From contig CM082596.2 in NCBI GenBank assembly GCA_040954595.2, positions 1,889,854-1,953,853 on the forward strand: DNA of 64,000 nucleotides, in the 5' to 3' direction. Both the position numbers and the translations under genes were made by a program. The notes below the pieces were generated by a model that was not told where the DNA came from, did not search any database, and saw only the letters and a program-made list of their open reading frames with translations. The stretch is from Balanoglossus misakiensis (taxonomy: Eukaryota > Animalia > Hemichordata). This document shows positions 1 through 12,100 of this stretch, in pieces. Position 1 is the first letter of the stretch. Every line of letters starts with the position of its first letter.

Positions 1-1322
1 GATGATGATGATAACGATGATGATGATGACAATGATGATATTCGAGTTTCAAGCTCTTTCAGAATCTTCTCTTTCTCTGTATGTGGTATTCGGCCCATCT
101 TAACTTCTAAAAATAGACAAAGTTGCTAAAATTAGAATATGAAATAGCTTACTGGTCAAAGGTATTCAGCTTAACCCATTCACCACCATGGTTTGATCCA
201 ATTACACAATAATGGTGGACCATAACAATAGGATATGAGGCTGAAAGGTTTGATACAACCATAATGTATTGTCCTCCAAATTAACAATGAAAGAAGCTCC
301 ATTGTTCTTAACATCTTACAACATTGAAGTAGAGAATGAGAATCCAACCATTTTGACTGTACCTTTGCTTGACATGCCAACTTCAATGCATTTCTGATAG
401 CGACAAAACTGGCACTTGTTTCTGTTATTGATGTCAATCTTGCATGGTGTTGTACTCCGATAAGGACATGGCTCGTACAAAAGATTCATTCTTAATGTGC
501 GTCGAAAGAAACCCTGGTGATGTGAAAGTAAAAAGTACAGGTTTTAGAGAAAAAGTTTTAGGTAATATACCACATAATTGATTACTGATTACTTACAGTC
601 AAAGTACAAACCATTCTTTTGGACTCACCTTACAACCTTCACATGAATGTACTCCATAGTGAAGACCAGTCGAAGTATCTCCACACACACAACACTTCAA
701 CTTGTCAGCTGAAAGATAAAATTGTCTCAAAACCATTGCAAAACACTGAATCATATAGTCGACTGATTTAAATAACCCACAATGCTAAAGGCTTTATTGT
801 CAACAGAGCCTGGGGTATGGATACCGGGCTAATAGAATACCGTTACAAAACCTAATGTACTGAATTTTAGAGACAGTTTACTTGGCACTGATTTTTGTAC
901 ATTTGAAATTTGGAGAGTATTGTCTGTGTTCTGCATGTTACGTCATTGATACTCTCAGAGTACACATACAATAGCACTCGGGGTCAAAGACCTTTTCACA
1001 TAACAGACCTGGGTCGATGTCCGGGACATTCCTGCCAACTTCAAAACGCTTCCATGATGTTATTATTCGTGATAATCATTCCTGATCTCATTCATGGCTT
1101 TTTGGAGAATCATTATGGTCAATATGGCTGTATTATTACACAGACAAATGGAATGTCTTAAGGGGTATAGTTTATGACCACCCAGAAATTCCAGAAGTCG
1201 CGACGACATTTCAACCAGCTGAATATGCAGAAAATTCTACCACACAAACACTCACCTACAGTATTTCTTCTTCGCTTGCGTTGACATTTGCCTGAACCTT
1301 TGACTTTGTTGTCGGAATTCAT
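1..1322 (-). CDS. Nuclear hormone receptor, PPAR (NR1C)-like; 5' part only, runs off the left edge
   Basis: Exons 1322-1256 ([22 protein letters not shown]), 708-629 ([27 protein letters not shown]), 513-363 ([50 protein letters not shown]) and 106-<1 ([29 protein letters not shown]). All introns are GT-AG with compatible phases. Two C4 zinc fingers with a CEGCKG P-box. FFRRTxR and GRxPxxEKEKxL resemble PPAR. The start codon is uncertain (an in-frame ATG lies further upstream, near 1430). Confidence 0.88.
171..252. mobile_element. Degenerate copy of the ~90-bp piggyBac-type MITE family
   Basis: Begins ttaacccattcaccaccatggtttg, the reverse complement of the family end caaaccatggtggtgaaagggttaa. 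The other end is decayed (ctgaaaggtttga). Confidence 0.5.
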
Positions 1323-1593
1323 TCTCGGGGGGAAATATTCACTTCTTTTACACTGCAGGTCTAAGATGGTGCAAGTGTGCCACCGTACAGATTGCCCGTC
1401 TAAAAAAAGGTCATGACCTAGTGACGTCATTGCTACAGGTGTGGTCCTTAAGTAATCAATTTGTTTGTACCTGGCGCACAGTGTTACCCATGTCGTGAGC
1501 GAAAAGTAAACAAATGAAGTCACAGAAAATGATTGTATTCTCTTCTGTCAGCCCACCTGGAAAATGTCTATGAAAGTAAACTCACATATGGCC

Positions 1594-1682
1594 CCAATCT
1601 GATTAAAATCAGATGTAGGGAACGGCGACGTGGTTTTTTTTATGGTGTCACCGTTCCCTACATCTGATTTTAATCAGATTGG
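1594..1682. repeat. 89-bp palindrome/hairpin (32-bp perfect arms), probably a MITE remnant
   Basis: ccaatctgattaaaatcagatgtagggaacgg ... ccgttccctacatctgattttaatcagattgg, flanked by near-direct repeats tatggccc / tatagccc. Confidence 0.75.
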
Positions 1683-2463
1683 TATAGCCCTATAATATGG
1701 CCAGCACTTCAATATTCATTCAATAAGTTATATAACTTCTATGCCATTGTTACCACCAACCTTAGATTAGTTAGCAAGTCATCCACGAAAGACCAGAACT
1801 AAGAACAATTAAACAACAACAAAGTCGTCTATTTCACAAGAAATACCAACCAATTTTGATGCCTTATTCTTGCAAGAACAATTGACAACTGACTCATTCA
1901 TGCATCACAATTCGGGGGTGTTTATCATTTTATTGATGACAATTCATAACATTGGATTTAGAATGGATACAACACACACTTAAAATGTTATCACTGTTCC
2001 AATAACACATTCTTTGTCTGTGCTTGTAAAGTTTTCCAAGCAACTAACAGACAAATCCCTCAGTCTGCCATTTTGTATTACACATATTAAGCTAATACCT
2101 CGGAATGGACCCCTCCCCCATTAATTATATTTGCAATGTGAATATTTACACCACAACAATTTATATAAAATGTAAGTGATTGTGAGCGGAATGATGATAG
2201 TATACAAAGTGTATATATATATAAAAAACTATAATTACTGGCAGTTATAATCAATAAAAATATAAAATCCAAAAAGCTAAGTTCATCAAATTCTTATACG
2301 TGTGTTTGAATTATTTTCATTTAGACCTGAATTTTTGTTGTAAAAATTAATTTAATGCATACACAAAAGTTGTATAGATGAAATAATAATGCCTTCTGAT
2401 AATAAACATGCCAGATACTTGTAAATGATGTCTAACTCTTTCAGGTTGTGTGAATTAAATCAC

Positions 2464-2563
2464 AACTCCTTCCCTGAGTTCCCTCTGTAGAGATCAAACT
2501 TTACTCTGCTCTAAGAAACAATGGATTTGAACCAAACCATGGTGGTGAAACTGATAGGGTTAA
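2464..2563. mobile_element. piggyBac-type MITE copy in the 3' UTR region of the channel gene
   Basis: agttccctctgtagagatcaaacttta...aaccaaaccatggtggtgaaactgatagggttaa aligns by eye with the copies at 13462 and 51007. Confidence 0.55.
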
Positions 2564-2749
2564 ATGGTCAGGCATCTGATGAATCCTGGTAAAATTGTAA
2601 GCTATGTTGAACCAATGTGATAAAAAAGGCTTAATATACAATCAAATTGGCACACTGCGGAGATATGATGCTGGGAGTGTAGAATTAGCATGGCTACATA
2701 TATCCATGCGTCCCTCTTTGAGATTTGCGAACATGGGCGTCGGTGACGA

Positions 2750-5700
2750 TCAGCGTTTCCTTGAAGCAATACTGGCACAGCACATTGTGAAGAGATCAAT
2801 TACAAACTCCAAGAATTCAGCGACGGTGATCAGGGAGAGACCGATATAAAGACCAAGCGAGCCACCAATATCACCAATTAGATTCTCAAACTGAAGAACA
2901 ATAATCAGGTAGAGTTGTTTATAATTAGAATAGGTTAATATTCGTAATTGTAGGAATAATGTTCACATGACCATCAACCAGTCTGAGGGCTAGACTATGC
3001 GCGGTTCTAGTATCCCAGTATGGATGATTGGGCCCCAGTTCTTCAGGAGTTAATTTTTATTTTACAAAGGGTAGGTACTTACAATGTAGGCCGGTTTCTC
3101 TTCTACTTGTTCGTAGTTCAGTTCTTCGAAATAAATTTCCAATCGAGCTAAGTTCCTCCTGCCAATGAAAGTTGTGGTACACATTGAATAATTAAGTGAC
3201 AGTAATTAATGAGGAATTACCACGAGCAGACAGATGTATTTGATGGACTAAAATAATGCTCAAGAATATTCAGTTGATATAAAAGTGAGTTAACCCAATC
3301 TAATGGCCACTTTGCTGGTAGATTAATTTTGCCAAGTCCAGCTATTCTAGACAGACTGCATGTAAACCAATGTATTGCTGAGACTACTTTTTGCTAACAG
3401 ACTGTTTCTGTTCATTCATTTTTTTGTTTAAGGGCTGAGTACCATAAAATTGTGCTCTAACACTCCGTCCCCAAAATTAATAGAGTGCATTCTCTGCTTT
3501 TGTTTCTCAAACATTTTTAAACTCACCTGGCAAGCTCACTGTTGGTGATTCCATTCGTTTCGTTGTTCAGAGAATGAAGAACTCTAAGTAATGAATTCTG
3601 CAAAATAGTCAATGTGTGATGTGGATTTAACCTTGTTTTCATTTAGAAGCATTAAAAAATAACAACTCTAATCAAAACATCTCCCACTCCCCTCTCTCTC
3701 TCTAATAATTTCAAATGAGACATTTAATACATCAGCATCAGACAATACACATACACTTACCAGGTAACTCATTGATGGCCAATAAGATTGGGATATGGTC
3801 TTGCCGTACCAAGTTTCCCTGTAAGGACAATTACATTATCAAAGGACAGAATACTTGTGAAGTGAAAAGGAGAAAGTCTATGTGAACAATTACATCAAAT
3901 TCATTTGTGGAATGCTAACAGGTGATGAACTATTTCACACAACTCTTGTTCTGTAGGGATTCTTGGTGGCTGTAAGAAGTACAAACTGCTCTATAAAAAG
4001 GCCATGCTGTTGACTTTACTGCCCTAGAATGTTTCAACTTCTATCCAAAAGGATGGTGTTATACTTACCGACATGGAGTCCTGCATTCACAAGGTAATTT
4101 GTTCCTGTGATGGAGGAAGTACATCAGTTGGCGACACAGTTCTGGAAATGAATTACAAAAAGGAAATTTAATATTCACAGATGCTGGGGAGGTCACAAAA
4201 TTCTTTCTTGGGACACCTGCCTGGCATTAACTGAACAGAAGCATGATTTGTCTTTTTTTTTTCCAAACTACAACTAATTTGCAGTACTTTCAGCAGTGAC
4301 AATTATTCATACTGAGATATTAATTTAAAATTGATAAAAGAAGACTATACCTTGCTCTTTGTCCTGAATCATACATCTTGGCCCATCATCATTATACATG
4401 TCAGCACATTTGCATACTTCTAGCAAGTATCTACGAATGCAGCCATGTTGACACGACTGGGAAAGAAACAGTTCCATATGATTATTGTATTGGTGATGAG
4501 ATTGCACATATTTCAGTTCACCCTCGTCTCCCGGTCTCTATAGTGGTCCAACTTTGACATATATAGAGAACAGTGAATTTGTGGTGGAAGAGGTAATCAA
4601 CTAGTATTAATTACCAAACATGCATAAATAATGACTCCAGATCACTCCTAATCAGTATATCATAATATGACTAATGATATCAAAGGAATACGATATTCCA
4701 GATATGGTGGTCATGGTCATCCAATTACCAAAAAGATTCGAAAATACATGTTACATGAATATTTGTATAAAATATCTCACCTGTTGAGTATATGACCAGC
4801 CTTCATTGGAACTGAAATTGAAGTCACGAGAATGACCCTCTGAACACTCTCCGTATGGCTGTGTAAGTCTTTGGATCAAACCCTGAAAAAGTCAAATAAC
4901 AGAGATGTGCGTAACTTGTTTTGACAGATAGCACTTTCCAATTTTAAGAATGGATATCAAAGGAGATATACCAGTATATATGTAAAGACTATTGATCTTT
5001 CAATGAAGGGCTTAGATCAGCCATTGTAGATACAAGTCAAAGGTAAATTGTCTAATATGGAAAGAAATAGCAAGATGATGATGATGTTGATGGTAGTGAT
5101 GATGAAAATGACTCGTGCAAACTTACCTCCTTTATCGCAACTGAAGTCACAGTACCGGGTTGGATGGTAATGCCATCATCCTCTGGAAATGGTTCGTTGT
5201 CATGTTGATGGATAGAGACCCTCACACCAGACGACTGACCAAAGATACTTATATATTCGTCTTGTTGAGTGAACAGAGTCAACTTTAACCCTGTTGGAGG
5301 TACAAGTATGACAAAATATGACACACAGCTCTTGTTCATATTCCACATGTGAAATATGCATCACGGTTGCCAGACGGCATTTTAAACCTCTCCTAAAAGT
5401 TAGGTTTCGAAGATGCCCTAGCAAAATTATAGTTTATTGGTTTACTCCCTACTATATGCCATAGTTATAATGCCTGTTATTTGGGTTGTGATCACTGCCA
5501 TTATGCTTATTGTTGGCTAATGACTTCCAAAAGGGTCTTTCAGTTCCATTATGGTTGGATACATCCAAGCTCAAAGAAGTACTCTAAATATTATAGCTGA
5601 TAGAGGTTTGAAATACAGTGATCGTGATATCGATAGACTCTTACCGTTATTTGCCCCAGCTCTTGTAGATTCGCGAACTTCTGTTCCATTCAAACCATGG

Positions 5701-6176
5701 TTAAAAGTAAAGCAGTTTCCGTATTCGTAATTAGCAAATACATGAAAATCCCTGAAAGTGAACAAACAGCTGTAAACTTTATATCCTACGTGTATTGTAA
5801 CCGAATTATTCCCATAACAGGGCATCAATTTTGCAATAATCATGATTGTTGCTGCAGACTCACCTGTAACTACATGATTTCTGGTCGAATGTACACTGCA
5901 ATATGAAATCCTCCTTTTGATGACCCAGCTGCAGTATCTCAGGGCGGGACAGCTTCAACACACCTTGTAGGTCACTGAAATCCGGGGTGGAACTATACGT
6001 CATGAAGCCATACCAATCAGGTGGCACTTCGCTTTTGACACGTTCAAAACCAGGGTCCCTGTAATACCCTGATTCGAATTCCTCCTGCAACTTTTCGTCT
6101 AGCAGGTCAGCATACTTTTTCATCCAATCATCAGGCAGTTTGCTCTTCTTGATGCTATTGTTATCACTCATGGTTA
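2750..6176 (-). CDS. C-terminal half of the DEG/ENaC channel (palm, beta-ball, thumb, knuckle, TM2), 10 exons
   Basis: [87 protein letters not shown]2 [34 protein letters not shown]. Stop TGA at 2752-2750. Confidence 0.93.
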
Positions 6177-9100
6177 CTGCAAATTAATAGACAGAGCAAG
6201 GAGTGTATGATCACATTATGTGTATGTGTGTTTCTTGCAGTCCACTTAGAACAACATCTCAAGAGCAGGTGACTGAAAATTTTAAAGAAAGAGATTCTAA
6301 ACAGAAAAGAGAAGTATTGTTTTTTAGATGTATGTTTCTTGCATGATGATACTATAATTTGTTGATTTGCTGATTCAGAAATCATCAGCGATCTTTTCCA
6401 TACAGATAATTATGTGTATAAGGTCGACTCTGGCGGGATTTGCGGAATCTTTGTGAAGAATCACGAAATTGCCTAATTTGCATACATGTATATGTACAGA
6501 ATTACACACTGAGTAAAAACTAAAATACACCATTAACCTACCACCACTGCAGTGTGGAACGTCGCAAAATTCCCACCCAACATTGTCTGCAGAATCATCT
6601 CTATGGTAGCACCAAGGCTTAGTCATAGATGATTCATCGCTGGGATTACGACAGTGGTTCCCTTCTAACCCTGGAAAATCATCAAAATTAGATTTATAAA
6701 AACATGGGGTGAGTGAGCGAGTTTTATGTTACTGTACATGTCAAGCTTTAGAGGCATCCAGACATGCTCGTATGAAGCTGACAGCGAAGTCTTGAAATAC
6801 AGTAGTTCTCATTCATGCAGTTGTTTGGGTGTAATCCAAATTCAGTGTCCCATCCAAAGAATGAAAATGCCAAAGTTCAAAGTGTCCAAAATAACAGTAC
6901 TGTGGAAGACTGGCTGTTTTGGCTTATTCAAATTAAAGGCAGGATAACCACTTACCTGCTTCAGGTCTTTTACTAGGAATATACTTGTGTTTTGAGTCGG
7001 CCCAATTAATGCAGGGCTTTCCACTTTCTGTAACATTGATAAGTCCACGATACTGGTCTCCACGACCCCTGTAACATCCTGAGCCAACCTCTGCAGTTTG
7101 AAAACATTTTATGAAAAAGACCAAGCATTTGAAGTGAGTTGGTATTACATGTTGAGTTGAGTAGTTCAGTATTGCTATCTTGGAACAGTGGAAATTAATT
7201 CAAAGATATGATTACAAAGATGTAAGTTCCAGGATACAATGAGAGAAGAAAATCACAATCACTTGATAAATGTTTGTGCTTCGTTTCAAACTTCATCATC
7301 ATGATTAATCCTGGGTCTTGCAGCCTAAATTTCTCAAACAAGCAAATACTGAGATAAAAAGATAAATCTCTCAATATTCAGACAAGCAAATTGAGCTTCT
7401 CACCTGGTGAAATACAGTCGACTTCATCAGAGCCATCAGGGCAGTCTTTGCGGACATTACAGTGAAAGTAGAGGTTAATACACGTACCATCATTACAAGT
7501 GAAAGTTGACGGTGGGCAATTACCTGCAGAAGGAAGTATAAAGAAATTATTCAGTGACATAAAACAGGTCAAGCAAGTATTACACTACTTTACATGTGAC
7601 ATAAAAAAGCAAAACAAGACCAACTTCATGCAGACAATTAAAACTTCAAAGAAGCAACTAAAAGTACAAGCATAAGCAAGCACATCACAGTCAATTCCAA
7701 TGTAACGCTTTTCTTATACGGTACATCTGTTCCGACCATTTACTTTACATTTGAGGATTTTTACCATTTTCGTCGATGTAAAACGCACAGTTTTCTTCAT
7801 CACTACCATCAAAGCAATCTGTCTTATAATCACATCGAAGTCTTCGTGAAATGCACTGTCCAGTGGAACAGGTGAATTCATCATTGGCACATTTGATATC
7901 TGTGAAGATGTAAATTACACATTTGGGCTGGCTAAAATTTGTTTCCTATTTGCTAATACTTGGCTATACCCTTATCATCCCTGCTAAGTTTGAAGAGTTG
8001 ATTGCTACATTGAAGTGGCCCTGTAGAACTGCTATACACCGAGGCTATCATGAAGAATCTAATTCTTAAAATAATTTTCATTTTACTTAAGTAACAATAA
8101 CATCACAGGGAACACATGCCACATTATTACCAGCTGCTCATGAAGCCAAAGTTAATGCATATAACAAAAATCGGCAAATAAATGAACTTAAATATCACAT
8201 GCTAAATATTGTAATAAATGCACCCGAAGTAATACATGCATATTTCCAGCAGACACCCAAATGCATTCAAGAGAAGAGAGCCTTTGCATTCACTGTAGAA
8301 ATTACATTACATCATATGCTTTCCAATACAAAGCATGTAAAAAGAAGTTTACAATGTAAGGAAAAAAGATATCCATTTTAGCCCTCATGTTTAACAACAG
8401 GACTAATAAATGACAGCTGATTTCTTAAATTACTATACTGACCAGATTGAACTGAAACCTGGTATACATCAGTTTAGGCAACTAATTAAGTGCCTGTGAA
8501 TCAACAAATTAGTATTTTGGGGGCACAATCACTGGTTTGAGGCAGAAGAGTTGATATTTTTGTTGTGGCTGTTTTGATTTGGATGAATATATATCAACAC
8601 AATTGACAGACAGCACTATATTTAAACATGAAATATTGCATTTAGTAAGTTTACTTTACTTTTTGCTTTTTGTCATGAGGTGTGTGTTTTAATTTGGAAT
8701 TCTACCAATGAAGACAGCATCAGTTGGTGGACAGGATGTCTATAGTAATTACTTTGTACATGTACAATTTATGACCTCTGAGCATCCAACAAGTTTAGAT
8801 CAAATGTGATTATAATTAGTCTTGAACGTCATTCTTGATTATGTCCACTTGATACCAACTCACCACTTTCAGTGCATAAATCGGCATGTTGGGGAAGTGT
8901 ACAACGTTCCCATATGACATCTGGGTCTGTAGTGTAACACCATGGAGTTGTCTGACCGAATGCTTGACCAGGGTTTCTGCAATAGTTGTGATCACCCAGA
9001 CCTTGCCCGGTGACTAGCTCTGGCAAGTAGTTGTGTGGATGAGGAGTCTGTACAGACCACTTCTGACACTCAATGCCACTGGATGTGTAGTTCACTGTTC

Positions 9101-12100
9101 CCCGGTAGTCGATTCCCTCGTGAAACATATAGCATTCTCCCCCTGAAAGACAAAAAAAACCCAAGATATCTCACTCGCTGTTTGATAAAAAAATCATCTG
9201 AATAAGTACACTAGTTGACATGAAACAAAACCAGGAAAAACATTTGCCACTTTGCAGGTAACTCTCTATCAGGACTGAACACATGTACTTACTGTAGGGA
9301 CAGTCCCACTCATCACTCCAGTCATTGCAGTGGTTTCTTCCATCGCATACTAATTCTTTGGAAATACAGAACAGATTGCGACAGAGAAATTCTGTCTCTT
9401 CATCGCAACTTCTGCCACCTGGAATAACAAATGTTGTTAAGCAATCCATTCTGGATTAACAATGCAGCATTCTATTATTAGTGATTGCAAAACCTTGTGT
9501 GATTTTCATCCATGAATGGTGTTCTCTTTTAAACGACTTTCATTACATGTGAATTCTCTCCCTTTTGACATTTTTTAAATTGTTTCCCCTGTGTGCTTAT
9601 AATTATCCAAACGCGTAACGTTGTACATAGTTTTTGGTAAACATTGTAAATTACACCATTGAGAGTTTATACATATGCAAGGCGGTATGAGTACAAGATG
9701 GGTGCATGATTAAGGTGATTGTGCTGACTACATCTGCACTGATGTTCTACGATTAGTAGATAGCCAAAATCAAACATACTGCCATCACAGCGTTGCTGTC
9801 GAACACCGGCATCGCAGAATTCCCATCGCACATCAGGGTCAGTTGTGTAACACCAGATGTTACCCTCTTGGTCGGGATTTCGACAATAATTATGATCACC
9901 AATGCCACTATTAGGATAGTTCTCAGGTGTTCTGGTGTGGTCGTGGGGACTCATATCCACCCATTGCTGACACACTCTTCCAGAAACCGTTACGTTCATG
10001 TGACCACGGTAGTCATATGCGTTGGCCAACGTGTAACATTCACCACCTTTGTGTACGAAATGCAAGGCTTAAGTCAATATTTGCATTATACGTATATAAG
10101 ATCTGTCCTGTCTGAAAATGCTTGAAAGCCTATTTTACACACCAAGCACAGAATACACGTTGACACTATATAGCTATACAATCGTGAATCCTGTTCAACT
10201 ATACCTATCCTTTCATGTTCTTCCAATCAGTATATGCCTATTTCCACTTACAATGCATGACTTATTCACTCATTCAAACTGGTTCAACCCTTTTGGAAGA
10301 TATATAAATATTGTGACTAGGTCATCTAGAAAACTTACGGTAATCACAGTCCCATTCGTCTGACCAATCCAGGCAATCATTCTCCGTATCGCACAATTTA
10401 CTTAAAGGAATGCACATCTTGTTTATGCATGTGTGTTCTCTTTCACTGTCACAAACAGCTGAAAAGACAACCATACGTGCTTACAATGTTGAACTTATAT
10501 TAACTCCTATATATTACATGTACTAGTAAATAAGTGCACAGGTGCATAAAAATGAAAGTTTAACAAACAAGAAAGACACTTACGATACAGGCAAGAACTT
10601 TCATCTGTGCTGTCCATGCAGTCAGTCACATGATCACATACCCTTGACTCTTGAATGCAAAGTGTCCTGTCACACAAGAAACCTCGACATGTTCCTGTAT
10701 GTATAGGAAGAGTTATACTGGTTTGTATTAAAGATATTGAGTGAATATAAATTGTTTGAATATATTAAAACCAAAGTTCAGCCACTTTTCTAACTGGCTC
10801 ACACACAGATTATGCATCTTATATATTATTTCACTTATGACATTATACTTACGGCACTGTGCCAGTGTTTCATCAGAGCCATCATAACAATCTCGATAGC
10901 CGTCACATACTTTGTCCTTTGCAATACAGGTTATTCCATTGTAGCCTCCCTTCTCACATAAAAATCCTTCATCGCTGCAACCTTGACAATGACATACATA
11001 GAGAGAAATAATATTCAAAATTATCAGAATCCTACTGACCATCTGGCAGTCACATTGGAAAATATGATGTATTTTGACTATTTTTAAATAAGTACATACA
11101 TTGTACTGTAAACTATCCACAGCTACGTTTCTAAGTGAGCATCCTTCTGCCATGTTCAATGCATGTATGTCAAAGATGGTAACAACTTCATTGCCAGGTA
11201 GCGTGTCATATTGGCAAATTGAATTATCAAAAAAGAAAAACTAATTTAGTTCTATATCATTACCTTCACAGTATTTTTCATCACTGCCATCAGTACAATG
11301 GCGTATGCCATCACATACCAGTACCTGTTTAAGGCATTCCCATCCATGGTCACACGCAAAGTCATCATCCAAACAAACAGCTGAATAATTAAATAAAGAA
11401 GATTCATGAATATGGAGTAAATGACATATTTTCTTCCATAAAATATCGGATAGATGTGCATGGATGACTTACCTGTTTTACTTAGGTAGTGATTTGTCTT
11501 TGTATACAAGCCTAGTCCTGTCCCTGTTGTTATGTAAGTTTCTGTACTCATATAACAGCTGGCAGAAATTGTATAATCAACAGAATGGCATACAAATTCT
11601 GTTCCCTCCAGACAAAACCGCAAACACTGGTCCAAGCTGACACGTCTCAGGATGTGATCGTTATATGATGAAAGAGCACTGCTGGCGAACTTCGTAAAGA
11701 AATTTCTAGGGAATGCTGATGTTGTAAAATGAATGTTAATTAATTATTGAGGTATTATCTGCATATACATGTATGAATACTTTTAAACAGTGCATTAATA
11801 TGTGAAGTATTCTGAATTTCCCCCTCAACATTTTCTTGTTCATGTATTTTAGCAAATATTTTACTGTCTCAATTCCTGTATAATTGTACAAGTAACAAAT
11901 AAATGCACAAGAGTTGTTATAGATTCATCATAAGACTTTCCATTGCTCAATTACATTATTACTCAAGTAAATCCTCTGTAACACTTACTATCTATGACCT
12001 CGTAGTGGGAAAATGTTGCATCCGCAAGCAAAGAAATATTTGGTGACATCATTGATTCCTCTTGCAACAAGCACAGACCGCTTGTTGACCAATCAACAGC

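Noticed and set aside
1-40. GAT microsatellite at the window start
   Set aside because: It is the poly-Ser tract of the nuclear receptor hinge exon on the minus strand.
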